From Candidatus Saccharimonadales bacterium (GTDB lineage Bacteria; Chloroflexota; Dormibacteria; Aeolococcales; Aeolococcaceae), in the NCBI GenBank assembly GCA_035532495.1, contig DATKQX010000062.1, positions 47,261 to 111,260 of the forward strand: DNA of 64,000 nucleotides, written 5' to 3'. Both the position numbers and the translations under genes were made by a program. Under the pieces are notes generated by a model. The model saw only the letters and a list, made by a program, of their open reading frames with translations, had not been told where the DNA came from and did no database searches. Shown piece after piece: positions 16,626 through 25,728 of this stretch; position 1 is the first letter of the stretch; each line of letters begins with the position of its first letter.

Positions 16626-17741
16626 ATGAAAGCAACCGTCTCGTCCTCCACGCTGAGTGGTGCCCTTGGGCTCGTCTCGAGGGCCGTATCCCCTCGATCA
16701 ACGCTCCCCGTGCTCAGCAATGTCCTGCTCGAAACGGCGGCGGAAGGTCTGCGCGTCACGGCGACGAACCTTGACCTCACGATCACCGTGGTCGTTCCCG
16801 CCACGGTGCTCGAGGAGGGCAGGACGACGGTTCCCGCGCGGCTCCTGGGTGAGTTCGTCTCCTCGCTCGGCGACGCTCCATGCTCCATGGAGCTGGACCC
16901 GACGTCACAGGTGCTGAAGCTCGCCGGTGGCGTGCATCACGCGAATCTCCACGGCATCGACGCGGTGGAGTTCCCTCCGCTGCCGGCACGTGACACGGAC
17001 ACCGTCATCGAGGTCGACGCCCCGACCCTCCAGGGCGCCATCGCGCAGACCGTGATGGCCGCGAGCTCGGACGAGGCATCACCCGTGCTCACGGGTGTGC
17101 TGCTCCAGATCGATGGCAACCGGCTGACCATGGCGGCAACCGACCGGCACCGACTGGCGGTCAAGACCATCGATGTGACAGTGCACGGCGCACCGCCGGT
17201 GACCTCGGTCATCGTCCCGTCGCGTCATCTCACCGAGGTGGCGCGTGCCGTGAACCCGAGCCGCCCCACAGTCGGCATCGCCTTTGCGCACGCGCGCAAC
17301 CAGGTCTTCTTCACCTTGAAGGACGTCGAGATCTCCTCTCGGTTGATCGAGGGGACATATCCCAACTACACGCAGGTGATTCCCGGTGAGTCGACCACCA
17401 CGGTCAGCCTCTCGACGGCGTCGTTGCTGCGCGAGGCGAAGACCGCTGCGGTCCTGGCGCGCGACGCGGCGAACCCCGTTCGCCTTCGCATCGGCGACGG
17501 CACCCTGACGCTGCTTGCGCAGACGGCTGAAGTCGGCGACGACGAGGCGCCGCTCACCGCAACGGTGAAAGGCGACGACGTGCAGATCGCGTTCAACGCG
17601 CGCTACATGCTCGACGCGCTGTCGGCGCTCGACTCTGACGAGGTGATCCTGTCGTTCAACGGATCGTTGCAGCCTGGCGTCATCCGACCCGTGGGGAGCG
17701 ACGACTACCTCTGCATCATCATGCCGGTGCGCGTCGCATAA
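16626..17741 (+). CDS. dnaN: DNA polymerase III beta sliding clamp
   Basis: Position after dnaA. Sequence is typical of DnaN throughout (LPVLSNVLLE..., ATDRHRLA, RLIEGTYPNY, IMPVRV). GGAGAGGAG RBS. Confidence 0.95.
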   Translation: MKATVSSSTLSGALGLVSRAVSPRSTLPVLSNVLLETAAEGLRVTATNLDLTITVVVPATVLEEGRTTVPARLLGEFVSSLGDAPCSMELDPTSQVLKLAGGVHHANLHGIDAVEFPPLPARDTDTVIEVDAPTLQGAIAQTVMAASSDEASPVLTGVLLQIDGNRLTMAATDRHRLAVKTIDVTVHGAPPVTSVIVPSRHLTEVARAVNPSRPTVGIAFAHARNQVFFTLKDVEISSRLIEGTYPNYTQVIPGESTTTVSLSTASLLREAKTAAVLARDAANPVRLRIGDGTLTLLAQTAEVGDDEAPLTATVKGDDVQIAFNARYMLDALSALDSDEVILSFNGSLQPGVIRPVGSDDYLCIIMPVRVA

Positions 17742-17757
17742 AGGCTTCGCACACCGG

Positions 17758-18045
17758 TCACATCGCTGAGAATCGAATGCGGCGCACCAGGTTCTGGCCG
17801 ACCTGACGATTCAGCGCGTCGACGACGCGCGGCGCATCCATCTGCAGTTGATGTGCGAGCGCGGTGTTCGCCGTCGCGATGAGAAGGACACCGCGGTCGA
17901 GCCGTTCGGCGCGGCAGAGCGACGCGAGACTGGCGCCGACGACTTCCGCAAGCGCCAGGCGCAGACGTTCCTCGCGGACCTGGCCGCGCACACCCAGACC
18001 GCGTAGCGCAGGGTCGATGAGGTCCGAAAGTCGCTCCTCGGTCAT
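17758..18045 (-). CDS. DUF721 (DciA-like) protein
   Basis: ATG 18045 overlaps the recF stop (ATGA). ~95-aa protein with the RAERLDRGVLLIATANTALAHQLQM pattern typical of DUF721, which follows recF in many genomes. Confidence 0.65.
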   Translation of the reverse strand: MTEERLSDLIDPALRGLGVRGQVREERLRLALAEVVGASLASLCRAERLDRGVLLIATANTALAHQLQMDAPRVVDALNRQVGQNLVRRIRFSAM

Positions 18046-19202
18046 GCGCGCTCGTCCTGCGTCACAACGCCGGCACGCACGGTGTGATACATGACCTCGG
18101 CGAAATCCGCCACGCCTGGGAATGGCTCGGCGGTGGTCACGAACACCTGGTTGCGTCCACCTGCCGCGAGGAGCGCGAGCAGCTGTGCGCGACGTCCGGG
18201 ATCGAGCTCGCTGAGCACATCGTCCAGAAGGATGACCGGAGCAACGCCCGCCGTGTCCTGGAGGTAGCGCACCTCGGCGAGCTTGCACGCGAGCACGATG
18301 CTGCGCTGCTGACCCTGCGACGCTGTGCCGCGCGCGGCGCGGTCGTCGAGGTCGACCGCGACATCGTCGCGGTGCGGACCCGCGAGCGTGATGCCGCGCG
18401 TGATCTCCTCGGTGGCCCGCGTGCGGAGTGTGTCCAGGAGCGCCTGCTCGGCGTCCGCCAGGTCGTCGGGGATGGCTGCCGTGTGCGCCGGTGCGTAGCG
18501 CAGGGCGATGTGCTCACGCCGGCCGCTCAGATCATGGAGTGCAGCGGCCGCCAACGGAGCCAGCGCGACGACGAGCCTCGAGCGCGCCTGCGCAAGCCAT
18601 GCGCCGTGGCGAGCCAGCTCGCTCGTGAAGCCGTTGAGCGCCTCACGACCGCCGCCACCGCCACGCAGCTGATGGAGCAACGCGTTGCGCTGTTCGAGCA
18701 CCCGCCGGTAGCGCGACATGTGAGCGGCAGAATGCGGATCCGTCTGCGCGAGGATGACGTCGAGAAATCTGCGCCGGCCCTCGGGCCCGCCGCGCACGAG
18801 CGCAAGATCCTCGGGCCAGAAGAGCACGACGGGACAGACGCCGAGGACAGAACGCGCCGCACGTGGCTTGCCGTCGATGATCGCTGTTCGAGTCACCCTG
18901 CCCGACGCCGGCTCACGCAGGAACCTGGCCGCGAGCGTGACGTTCGTGGGAGGCCGCTGAATGTCAGCCTCAGCAAGACCCTCGTCGTGACCCCAGAGCA
19001 ACAGGTCGCCGGTCGTCGTTGCTCGCGGCGATCGACTCAACGCGAGAGTCGCGATGGCCTCGAGCAGATTCGTCTTTCCCTGCGCGTTCTGCCCGTGGAT
19101 GATGTTCAGACCCGGCCCGAAGTGCACCGTCGCCTCCGCGTAGTTGCGAAAGCAATGCACGCGCAGTCGCGTGATCGTGCACCTGGGGACCGCCGCGGTC
19201 AC
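18042..19202 (-). CDS. recF: DNA replication/repair protein RecF
   Basis: LRVHCFRNY, Walker A GQNAQGKTNLLEAI, and signature/Walker B region SQGQQRSIVLACKLA...PVILLDDVLSELD. GTG 19202 overlaps the upstream gene's stop (GTGA). Confidence 0.9.
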   Translation of the reverse strand: MTAAVPRCTITRLRVHCFRNYAEATVHFGPGLNIIHGQNAQGKTNLLEAIATLALSRSPRATTTGDLLLWGHDEGLAEADIQRPPTNVTLAARFLREPASGRVTRTAIIDGKPRAARSVLGVCPVVLFWPEDLALVRGGPEGRRRFLDVILAQTDPHSAAHMSRYRRVLEQRNALLHQLRGGGGGREALNGFTSELARHGAWLAQARSRLVVALAPLAAAALHDLSGRREHIALRYAPAHTAAIPDDLADAEQALLDTLRTRATEEITRGITLAGPHRDDVAVDLDDRAARGTASQGQQRSIVLACKLAEVRYLQDTAGVAPVILLDDVLSELDPGRRAQLLALLAAGGRNQVFVTTAEPFPGVADFAEVMYHTVRAGVVTQDERA

Positions 19203-20347
19203 GCGGGAGCGCCGGCCGCCATCCCGGCGATCAACGCCGCGATGCGACGTGTGGCGTCCGGTCGGGCAGCGGCGCGCACCGCCTCGCGCATCGAGGCGAG
19301 CGTTGCTGAGCCGGGGACCGCAAGCTCGGTCACGGCATCGACGAGCTGCTCGACATGGGGCACGAAGCGTCCGGCGCCGATGTCGACCACCCACTCGACG
19401 TTGCCGCGCTCCTGTCCGGGGAGATACCAGACCAGCAGCAGCGGCAGTCCGCAGCAGAGCGCTTCCGCAATGGTTCCCGGCCCGGCCTTGGACACGATGA
19501 TGTCGCTTGCGCGCATCCATCTGGGCATGTCGGTCACGTAGCCCAGCACGCGGACCTCGCGCCCCGCGGCCGTACGCAACCCGGCAAGCGCCGAATGAGC
19601 GCGCTCATTGCGACCGCAGATCACCACGAGATCGAGGTCGATGGTGGTGGCGGCGATGGCCTGTGCGTTGCGCACGAGCCCCCCGGAGCCGTCGGCACCA
19701 CCGCACACAAGGACGACGAAGCTGTCGGGGCGCAACCCGAGCTGGCGACGGAGCGCGGCGATGCCGGCGGGGTCGCTCGGCAGGTCGGTGAAACGCCGGT
19801 CCACCGCGAGGCCGATGTCGTGGCAGCGCGATGCGGGGATGCCCGCCCGGCGGCAGCGTTCAAAGCCTCCAGGCGATGGCACGACCACGGCGTCGACATC
19901 AGGGCACGCCCACGATGCGTGGATGTCGACCAGGTCGGTGATGACCGTGATCACCGGCACGCGTCGCTCGTGGGCCTGTGCCGCGCGCACGCTGATGTGG
20001 TTGAGCAGCGGGTGAAACGACACCACGCAGTCGGGCTGCAGCCGGCGGATGGCGTCGTCGACCGCGCGGGTCACCGAGCGCAGCACCGTGCGCTCGAGCA
20101 GGCTCACGGCGGGCCGGCTGTTCGTGGCGTGATAGAGGCCGGCCCAGAGCCATCGGGCGTGGCGCGTGATCGGCCCGTAGAGGCCGGCGGTCCCGCCGAT
20201 GATCCGTTGTGGGGCCGCAGCAAACGGATCGAGGATGGTGATCTCGAACTCGCCAGGGGCGGCGTCGGCCATCTGGCGCTCCACAGCAGTGGCTGCTGCA
20301 CGATGGCCCCCGCCGGTGTCGGCGATCAGGAAGAGCAGGCGCCTCAT
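19199..20347 (-). CDS. MGDG-synthase-type (GT28-like) diacylglycerol glycosyltransferase
   Basis: N-terminal LFLIADTGGGHRAAA motif and C-terminal SKAGPGTIAEAL...P..GQE..N pattern of the MGDG synthase/UgtP/MurG-like family. Confidence 0.7.
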   Translation of the reverse strand: MRRLLFLIADTGGGHRAAATAVERQMADAAPGEFEITILDPFAAAPQRIIGGTAGLYGPITRHARWLWAGLYHATNSRPAVSLLERTVLRSVTRAVDDAIRRLQPDCVVSFHPLLNHISVRAAQAHERRVPVITVITDLVDIHASWACPDVDAVVVPSPGGFERCRRAGIPASRCHDIGLAVDRRFTDLPSDPAGIAALRRQLGLRPDSFVVLVCGGADGSGGLVRNAQAIAATTIDLDLVVICGRNERAHSALAGLRTAAGREVRVLGYVTDMPRWMRASDIIVSKAGPGTIAEALCCGLPLLLVWYLPGQERGNVEWVVDIGAGRFVPHVEQLVDAVTELAVPGSATLASMREAVRAAARPDATRRIAALIAGMAAGAPA

Positions 20348-21999
20348 CCGTTCACCGTGACCGCCGCGGCGATCAGCGTGCGGGCGGCAAAGCTGGTGAT
20401 CTGCAGGGCATGGCTGCCGTCCGCGTTCTCGACGTACGCCTGCACGATGTCGTTGGCGTCGGGCGAGAGATAGACGAGCTGACGGCCGGACGGGGCGATC
20501 ACCGCCGTGTTCAGGAAGCCGTTCGCCGGGCCGGACGCGATCGGTATCTGCACATCCCCCGCAACACTGACGAGCACGAGGCTCGGGGCGCCGACCGCAG
20601 GCTGGCTGATCCCCACGAGCGTCCCCGGAGCGGTGAACCCGATCGGACTGAGCGCCTGATCGAGCAATCGCGGCGAGCTCGACGCCGGCCCGAGTCCCGC
20701 GATCCAGGTCCCCAGCGCCGGTGGCGTGGAACGCAGGAATGCGAGCTGCGCTCCGTCAGGCGAGATCGCCGCGCCACTCGATGCCCCGGTCACACCGGGC
20801 AGGGCGTAGCGAGCAAGGACCACGGAGTCCGCCAGCTCGAGATGCTCGAGATCGTTCGTGCCCGCGACGTCGAGGACGAGCCCCTCGCCGAGGGGGCTCC
20901 ACCGTGCGGGAGCCACGAGCGGATCCCCGGCCGGCAGGCTCGTCAGCTTCCCGGTCCCGGTGGCGAAGAAGGACACCGATCCCGCGTGTGAGAACGCCAT
21001 CGTCGAACCGTCCGGAGACCATGAAGGCAGCGACGAGTGCGTGAAGCTCGCGAGCACGAACCCGGTCGCCGGATTGAGCACGACGAGCACCGGCTGAGGC
21101 GCCGCGATGGTGGCATCCAGCTCGACCACCGCAAGCCACAGGCCCCCGGGTGAGAGCGCCGCGGCCGTGTACGTGTAGAGCGGAGCCGCGCGGGCCGCCT
21201 CACCGCACCCCGAAGTGTTCTGGCATCGGGGAGCGACGAGCACCGCCTCCGCCGAGATCGGTTCGCCCGCCTGCAGCGGCGCCAGCGGCGAGAAGAGCAC
21301 CGTCGTCGCACCGTCCTCTCCGTCTGCCCGGGCCAGCACCACCGCGTGTGGACCCGGTGAGAGCCCTCCGGTGGTGAAGCTCACCGATTCGCCGGCGACG
21401 AGCGGTTGCTGGTGGATGTCCGCCGCGGTCGCCGCGATGCTGAGGGTGTAGGTCACCCCTGATTCGAGCATGCCGCCGGGAAGCACCACGAACCGGCTCG
21501 GGTCAACGCTGTTGCGGACGACCCGCGTGCCGGGGACCGCCGGCGCCAATGTGATCGCTGCCTCGGTCGGAGCCGCCGCCATGCTCGTCGAGAAGCTCAC
21601 CGATATCGGTGTATCGACCGGGACGCGGGTCGCCCCGGTGGCCGGCTCGATGCTCCGGATCACCGGCGCCTGCCCCGTCGTGATCGTCCAGTGGTGGTCC
21701 ACGGAGTTGACGACGCCGCTGGGATCCCGGATTCCGCCCGCGAGCGTGAAGGTGTATGCGGTGCTCGGAGCCAGGATCGCCCGAGGATGGAGGAGGGTGA
21801 ACCCCGTATCCCCGCTGAGCCACACGATCCGGCAGGGTGCCAGCGGTCCAGCGGTGAACGCCGCGTCGAGGTCGCAGGACGGGATCGCACGGTTCACCGA
21901 GAAACGTCCTTGCACTGAGGTCGTGTCGACAGGGCGGTCGAACTCGACGGTGATGGGCGCATCAGCGGACACGCCCACCGAGCCGCGATTGGGGATCAA
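20344..21999 (-). CDS. secreted/lipoprotein with two SbsA-type Ig-like domains and a TolB-like beta-propeller region
   Basis: Two repeats of the pattern P..G...V.....I.V.F...(M/V)........(I/F).(L/V), then WSPDG/ISPDG-type propeller blades. A lipoprotein signal (RRSAGARRTALGAAAGLIVASLSGC) is encoded in frame upstream of the track start (TTG 21999) without a canonical start codon. Confidence 0.6.
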   Translation of the reverse strand: MIPNRGSVGVSADAPITVEFDRPVDTTSVQGRFSVNRAIPSCDLDAAFTAGPLAPCRIVWLSGDTGFTLLHPRAILAPSTAYTFTLAGGIRDPSGVVNSVDHHWTITTGQAPVIRSIEPATGATRVPVDTPISVSFSTSMAAAPTEAAITLAPAVPGTRVVRNSVDPSRFVVLPGGMLESGVTYTLSIAATAADIHQQPLVAGESVSFTTGGLSPGPHAVVLARADGEDGATTVLFSPLAPLQAGEPISAEAVLVAPRCQNTSGCGEAARAAPLYTYTAAALSPGGLWLAVVELDATIAAPQPVLVVLNPATGFVLASFTHSSLPSWSPDGSTMAFSHAGSVSFFATGTGKLTSLPAGDPLVAPARWSPLGEGLVLDVAGTNDLEHLELADSVVLARYALPGVTGASSGAAISPDGAQLAFLRSTPPALGTWIAGLGPASSSPRLLDQALSPIGFTAPGTLVGISQPAVGAPSLVLVSVAGDVQIPIASGPANGFLNTAVIAPSGRQLVYLSPDANDIVQAYVENADGSHALQITSFAARTLIAAAVTVNG

Positions 22000-22117
22000 C
22001 TGGATGATCTGCGGTGGGCTGGCGAAACACCCGGACAGGGACGCGACGATCAGCCCGGCTGCAGCCCCGAGCGCCGTGCGTCGAGCGCCGGCGGAACGAC
22101 GACCGCGCGCAGCGGCG

Positions 22118-23440
22118 CTAGTAGGCGCGGTTGAGCGCTGCGTCGACGTCGATGGCGGCGATGGCCCCGTCGCCGCCCTTCACCTCGATGCTCGACTGCC
22201 GATCCTTGGCCAGGGTCGCGACCGCAGTCGTCGCCTTGTCGAGGGATCGCTGGGTTTCCGTGTAGGTCCCGAGGATGTCGCCATCGCGAAGCAGGATGAT
22301 CCCGGCCTCGTTGGGGGTCTGCACGACCACCGAGCCGCTGACGTGTTCCTCCGAGAGGTACTCGAGCAGCGCATCGAGATTGACGAACCGGCCGAGCAGA
22401 CCGCTGTAGAGGTATGGCGATGTGAACAGCTGGGCAAGCGCGGTGACGGTTTCTCCGTCGAGTTCGATGACGTCGATGACGCCGTCGCCTGCATCCATAT
22501 GGCGGCGGATCTGGAGGAACGCCGATTCACCCTGGACGGCGGTGCCGTTGCTGCAAAGCGCCTGCAGGGCCTGACCGTCGTTGAGGAGGATGACCCCCGA
22601 ATACCCGGTCCCGCTCAGGTTCACATACCCGGTGTGCCGATCCGACCGCAACGTCCGCAGCAGACGTGGGAAGTCGACGAACGCGCTTTTCAGCCCCTCG
22701 TAATGGGCGCGGCCCGAGGGAAGTGGGTACACCCGCACGGGCTGAACAGTAGACGATGCGGCACCGCCTGATGTGCCCACCGGGCGATCTGGGGAAGCGG
22801 CGGGTGCCGGCGCCACGGGTGTCGAGGCCGCGGGCGCCGGTGCGTACGAAATCGGCTCGGGCGCCGGGGTGACCGCCGGTACCGCGTGGAACTCAGCGGC
22901 CGAGGCCGGCTCCGGCTCTGGCTCGGATTCCGGTTCCGGCGCGGGTTCGGCGTGCGCCGCCGGGGCGGGTGCTTCCGTCTCGGCAACGGGCTCCGCAGCC
23001 GGCGTGGACATGGCGTACGCAGGCTCTTCGATCGGAGCGGGGAGACTCGCGGCCGGGGCCGAGTAGGCGTCGGACGTCGAATATGCGGGCGCGGTCTCGG
23101 GCCACGATGAGGTGCCGGTCGATGCGGCGGCCGCCGGGGCGTGCCGGCTCTCCGCGGCGGCGATCAGCTCCGCCGGCGAGGCCTTGATGGTCTCCTCGGC
23201 AGGCAACTTGGCGCGTGGATCGAACTGGTATGACCCGTCGTCCCAGCCAAGGGCGTCGATCACCACCTCTTCGCCTTGCCCACTCGGTCCGCTGGCGTGG
23301 AACAGGTGTCCGAAGAGGAAGTACAGCGAGCAACTGTCTCCGCCGTTGTCGATGGTCAGCGTTCCGGTGGCCCGCTCTGCCTGCATCGATTGGAGCAGCG
23401 TCGCGAGTCCGCCGTCACGAAGAGAACCCTGGGTCTGCAC
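22118..23440 (-). CDS. DUF4388 (PATAN-like) domain protein with Pro/Ala/Glu-rich linker
   Basis: GTG 23440 with GGAGAG 8 nt upstream. LRDGGLATLLQSMQAERATGTLTIDNGGDSCSLYFLFGHLFHA resembles DUF4388. The C-terminal half has two similar modules. Track ORF residues upstream of 23440 are antisense to the response regulator. Confidence 0.55.
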   Translation of the reverse strand: MQTQGSLRDGGLATLLQSMQAERATGTLTIDNGGDSCSLYFLFGHLFHASGPSGQGEEVVIDALGWDDGSYQFDPRAKLPAEETIKASPAELIAAAESRHAPAAAASTGTSSWPETAPAYSTSDAYSAPAASLPAPIEEPAYAMSTPAAEPVAETEAPAPAAHAEPAPEPESEPEPEPASAAEFHAVPAVTPAPEPISYAPAPAASTPVAPAPAASPDRPVGTSGGAASSTVQPVRVYPLPSGRAHYEGLKSAFVDFPRLLRTLRSDRHTGYVNLSGTGYSGVILLNDGQALQALCSNGTAVQGESAFLQIRRHMDAGDGVIDVIELDGETVTALAQLFTSPYLYSGLLGRFVNLDALLEYLSEEHVSGSVVVQTPNEAGIILLRDGDILGTYTETQRSLDKATTAVATLAKDRQSSIEVKGGDGAIAAIDVDAALNRAY

Positions 23441-23587
23441 GGTGGCGGCTCTCCAGTTGTATGAATGGAGACCGTCCCTGAAGGGGGCGGTCCGAATTGG
23501 AGTCGGCCCGTATAGTACCAACCCTTCGCCGTTTCGAACGAGGATTGGAATAGTCAGAATGGCGCGGGGGCACTTCGAGGAATAGGC

Positions 23588-24301
23588 GTGGATGGTCAGC
23601 AGGTGCGGGTGCTTGTGGTCGACGACGACGCACTCGTCCGTCGAGCGGTGCGCCTGACGTGTGAGAGCGAGGGATACACCGTTCAGGAAGCAGAACGGGC
23701 CACCGAGGCGCTGGCACGCCTCGAAACCTTCCATCCGGACGTCGTGATCCTCGACCTCGTCCTCCCCGACCTGTCCGGCTTCGACGTGTGCAGGGAGATC
23801 CGCCGCTCCGGTCATCGCATGCCCGTGATCATCCTGAGCGCGAAGCACGACGAGATCGACGTTGTCCTCGGGCTCGAGATCGGAGCGGACGATTACATCG
23901 CCAAGCCGTTCCGTCCCCGCGAGCTCCTGGCGCGCATCGGCGCCCATCTCCGCAAGGCCAAGGAGTTGCGTGGCGAGGACAAGCCGTCGGACGGGCGCCT
24001 CGTCTTCCGCGACCTCGTCATCGATACCGCCGAGCGGCGAGTGACCCGAGCGGAACGCGACATCGTCCTGACCCACACCGAGTTCGATCTCCTCTCGTAC
24101 CTGGCGTCGAACGCGGGCAAGGTGCTCTCCCGTGAGCGGATCCTCAGCGCGGTCTGGGGCTACGAGCACCCCATCGAGACGCGGGTGATCGACGTCCACG
24201 TGCGCAATCTGCGGCGCAAGATCGAGCCGGAACCGGGCCGGCCCCGGCACATCCTCGCCGTGCCGGGCATCGGCTACCGATTCGCCGGCCTCAGACGCTG
24301 A
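23588..24301 (+). CDS. OmpR-family response regulator (receiver plus winged helix)
   Basis: VLVVDDD, phospho-acceptor context VVILDLVLPDLSGF, DDYIAKPF, and C-terminal THTEFDLLSYL...GIGYRF. Confidence 0.9.
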   Translation: MDGQQVRVLVVDDDALVRRAVRLTCESEGYTVQEAERATEALARLETFHPDVVILDLVLPDLSGFDVCREIRRSGHRMPVIILSAKHDEIDVVLGLEIGADDYIAKPFRPRELLARIGAHLRKAKELRGEDKPSDGRLVFRDLVIDTAERRVTRAERDIVLTHTEFDLLSYLASNAGKVLSRERILSAVWGYEHPIETRVIDVHVRNLRRKIEPEPGRPRHILAVPGIGYRFAGLRR

Positions 24302-24315
24302 TCCACGTCGCTGAC

Positions 24316-24603
24316 GTGGGGGGGCCGCAAAGTACACTCGGCATCGTGCGTACACCCCCAATGCTCGATTCCCGCGGGTCCGCCGCCGGTCGCGACCAGC
24401 CCGATCCGGTGCTCTCCATCACCGTCGGGGCGTTGTCCGTCATCGCCGTTGCGCTCCTCGCTGCCGCGGTGCTGGCGACCTACACGTACTCGACGCCCGA
24501 TGTTGAGCTGCCGCTGGTGATCGCGATCGCGCTCTTCTTCGTCGTGGTCGTCGGCGCCAACCTCGTGCGAATCGCCGTTCGCCACTTCCGCCCGGGTTCC
24601 TGA
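24316..24603 (+). CDS. small membrane protein (two predicted TM helices)
   Basis: Two hydrophobic segments: ITVGALSVIAVALLAAAVLATY and LPLVIAIALFFVVVVGANLV. Start is uncertain (GTG 24316 or ATG 24361). Confidence 0.4.
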   Translation: MGGPQSTLGIVRTPPMLDSRGSAAGRDQPDPVLSITVGALSVIAVALLAAAVLATYTYSTPDVELPLVIAIALFFVVVVGANLVRIAVRHFRPGS

Positions 24604-24607
24604 GCTC

Positions 24608-25267
24608 ATGGCGGAACATCCCGGCGCCGGACAGGCCGGGTCGGAGCAGCAGCCGGCCGACAGACCGACGTTCCCATCGTATGAGGAGTTCGCCTCCGAC
24701 CTCCTCGAAGCCGTCGACGGCGTGGGGTTGAGCATCGAGGATGTCCGTCACCACCTCGAGCCGGGTCTCGGCGAACGCCGTTTCGAGTGCACGGTGCGGC
24801 TCACCGGCGATCCGCCGCCGCGCTACCACGTGCACGTCAGCTACACGTGGGACGCGCTCCTGACGTTCATCTCCGCGTATGGCCCCGGTGCGGACTGCGA
24901 GCTGTATCACGACGACGACGAAGCGCAGGACTGCCCGCATCAGCAGATCACTCCGCAGGCCTTCGTCGATGTCGAGGCTGAGTTCGTGCTCGGCGACGGC
25001 GGATACGAGCTCCATGATCTCGACGAGGTCGGCGGCTGGGTCGAGATCGTGCAGACGTTGCTGGGCAAGGCATTCTCCGATGACGACAAGCCCAGCGTGC
25101 ACGTTGGAATCGCCGTGCTCGGCACGACGACGCTCGTCGAGAAGTTCACCGCCGAGCACTCCTGGTTCCTCGATTTCGAGAAGCAGCCGGACCTCGCCGC
25201 GCTCGCGAAGCAGATCGACACCGCGCTGAAGCTGGTGCCGCAGCTCGCCGATCGCCTGCCGATCTAG
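24608..25267 (+). CDS. acidic hypothetical protein
   Basis: Protein-like composition with no family recognised. The antisense ORF 24440..25159 is Arg-rich shadow. Confidence 0.5.
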   Translation: MAEHPGAGQAGSEQQPADRPTFPSYEEFASDLLEAVDGVGLSIEDVRHHLEPGLGERRFECTVRLTGDPPPRYHVHVSYTWDALLTFISAYGPGADCELYHDDDEAQDCPHQQITPQAFVDVEAEFVLGDGGYELHDLDEVGGWVEIVQTLLGKAFSDDDKPSVHVGIAVLGTTTLVEKFTAEHSWFLDFEKQPDLAALAKQIDTALKLVPQLADRLPI

Positions 25268-25728
25268 GAGGACCAGCTCCCCGCCTGGAGGGCATCGAAA
25301 CCGGCTTCGTCAAGCAGTCGCCGCTCGAACGGACGGTGTGCCAGCTCGGGATGCGGAACGGTCAGATCCGGTTCCCGCACCTGGATTTCGCCGTGCACAC
25401 CGAGGAGCAGGATGTCGGCGTCGGCGACGCGCGGGCCCCATCGATACGTGGGGCGCCGGCCGGCGGCGCGCTCCCCGCTGACACAGTGCTCGAGCCACCG
25501 CCGGGGCGTCCACGGCACCGGGCTCCGCAGGCGGACGACCTGGTTGTGAAAATCGCCCTGCGCGGTCACGCCGACAGGGAGCGTCAGGATTTCCGGCGAA
25601 GCCGCACTGATCGACACGCCGCCGTCGGTGAGCGCATCGCGGAGCCGGGCGAGGTTGCGGCCACGGTGTCCGACGTTGCTCCCCAGCGATACCCAGGCGG
25701 TGTCGGTGGACTCCCCGTTGGAGCTCAT
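25264..25728 (-). CDS. folK: 2-amino-4-hydroxy-6-hydroxymethyldihydropteridine diphosphokinase
   Basis: AWVSLGSNVG, WGPRVADADILL and TVPHPELAHRPF motifs. ATG overlaps the folP stop (ATGA). Confidence 0.85.
   Translation of the reverse strand: MSSNGESTDTAWVSLGSNVGHRGRNLARLRDALTDGGVSISAASPEILTLPVGVTAQGDFHNQVVRLRSPVPWTPRRWLEHCVSGERAAGRRPTYRWGPRVADADILLLGVHGEIQVREPDLTVPHPELAHRPFERRLLDEAGFDALQAGSWSS

Noticed and set aside
22770-23100. Periodic GC-rich repeats (also 60600-61130 and 35640-35830) checked as possible CRISPR or satellite arrays
   Set aside because: They are in-frame low-complexity coding (Pro/Ala/Glu linker, Pro/Ala tail, poly-Arg tracts) and lack a regular repeat-spacer structure.
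23441-24361. N-terminal 307 aa of track ORF 22118..24361
   Set aside because: It is antisense to the OmpR-type response regulator. DUF4388-like sequence and a good RBS begin at GTG 23440.
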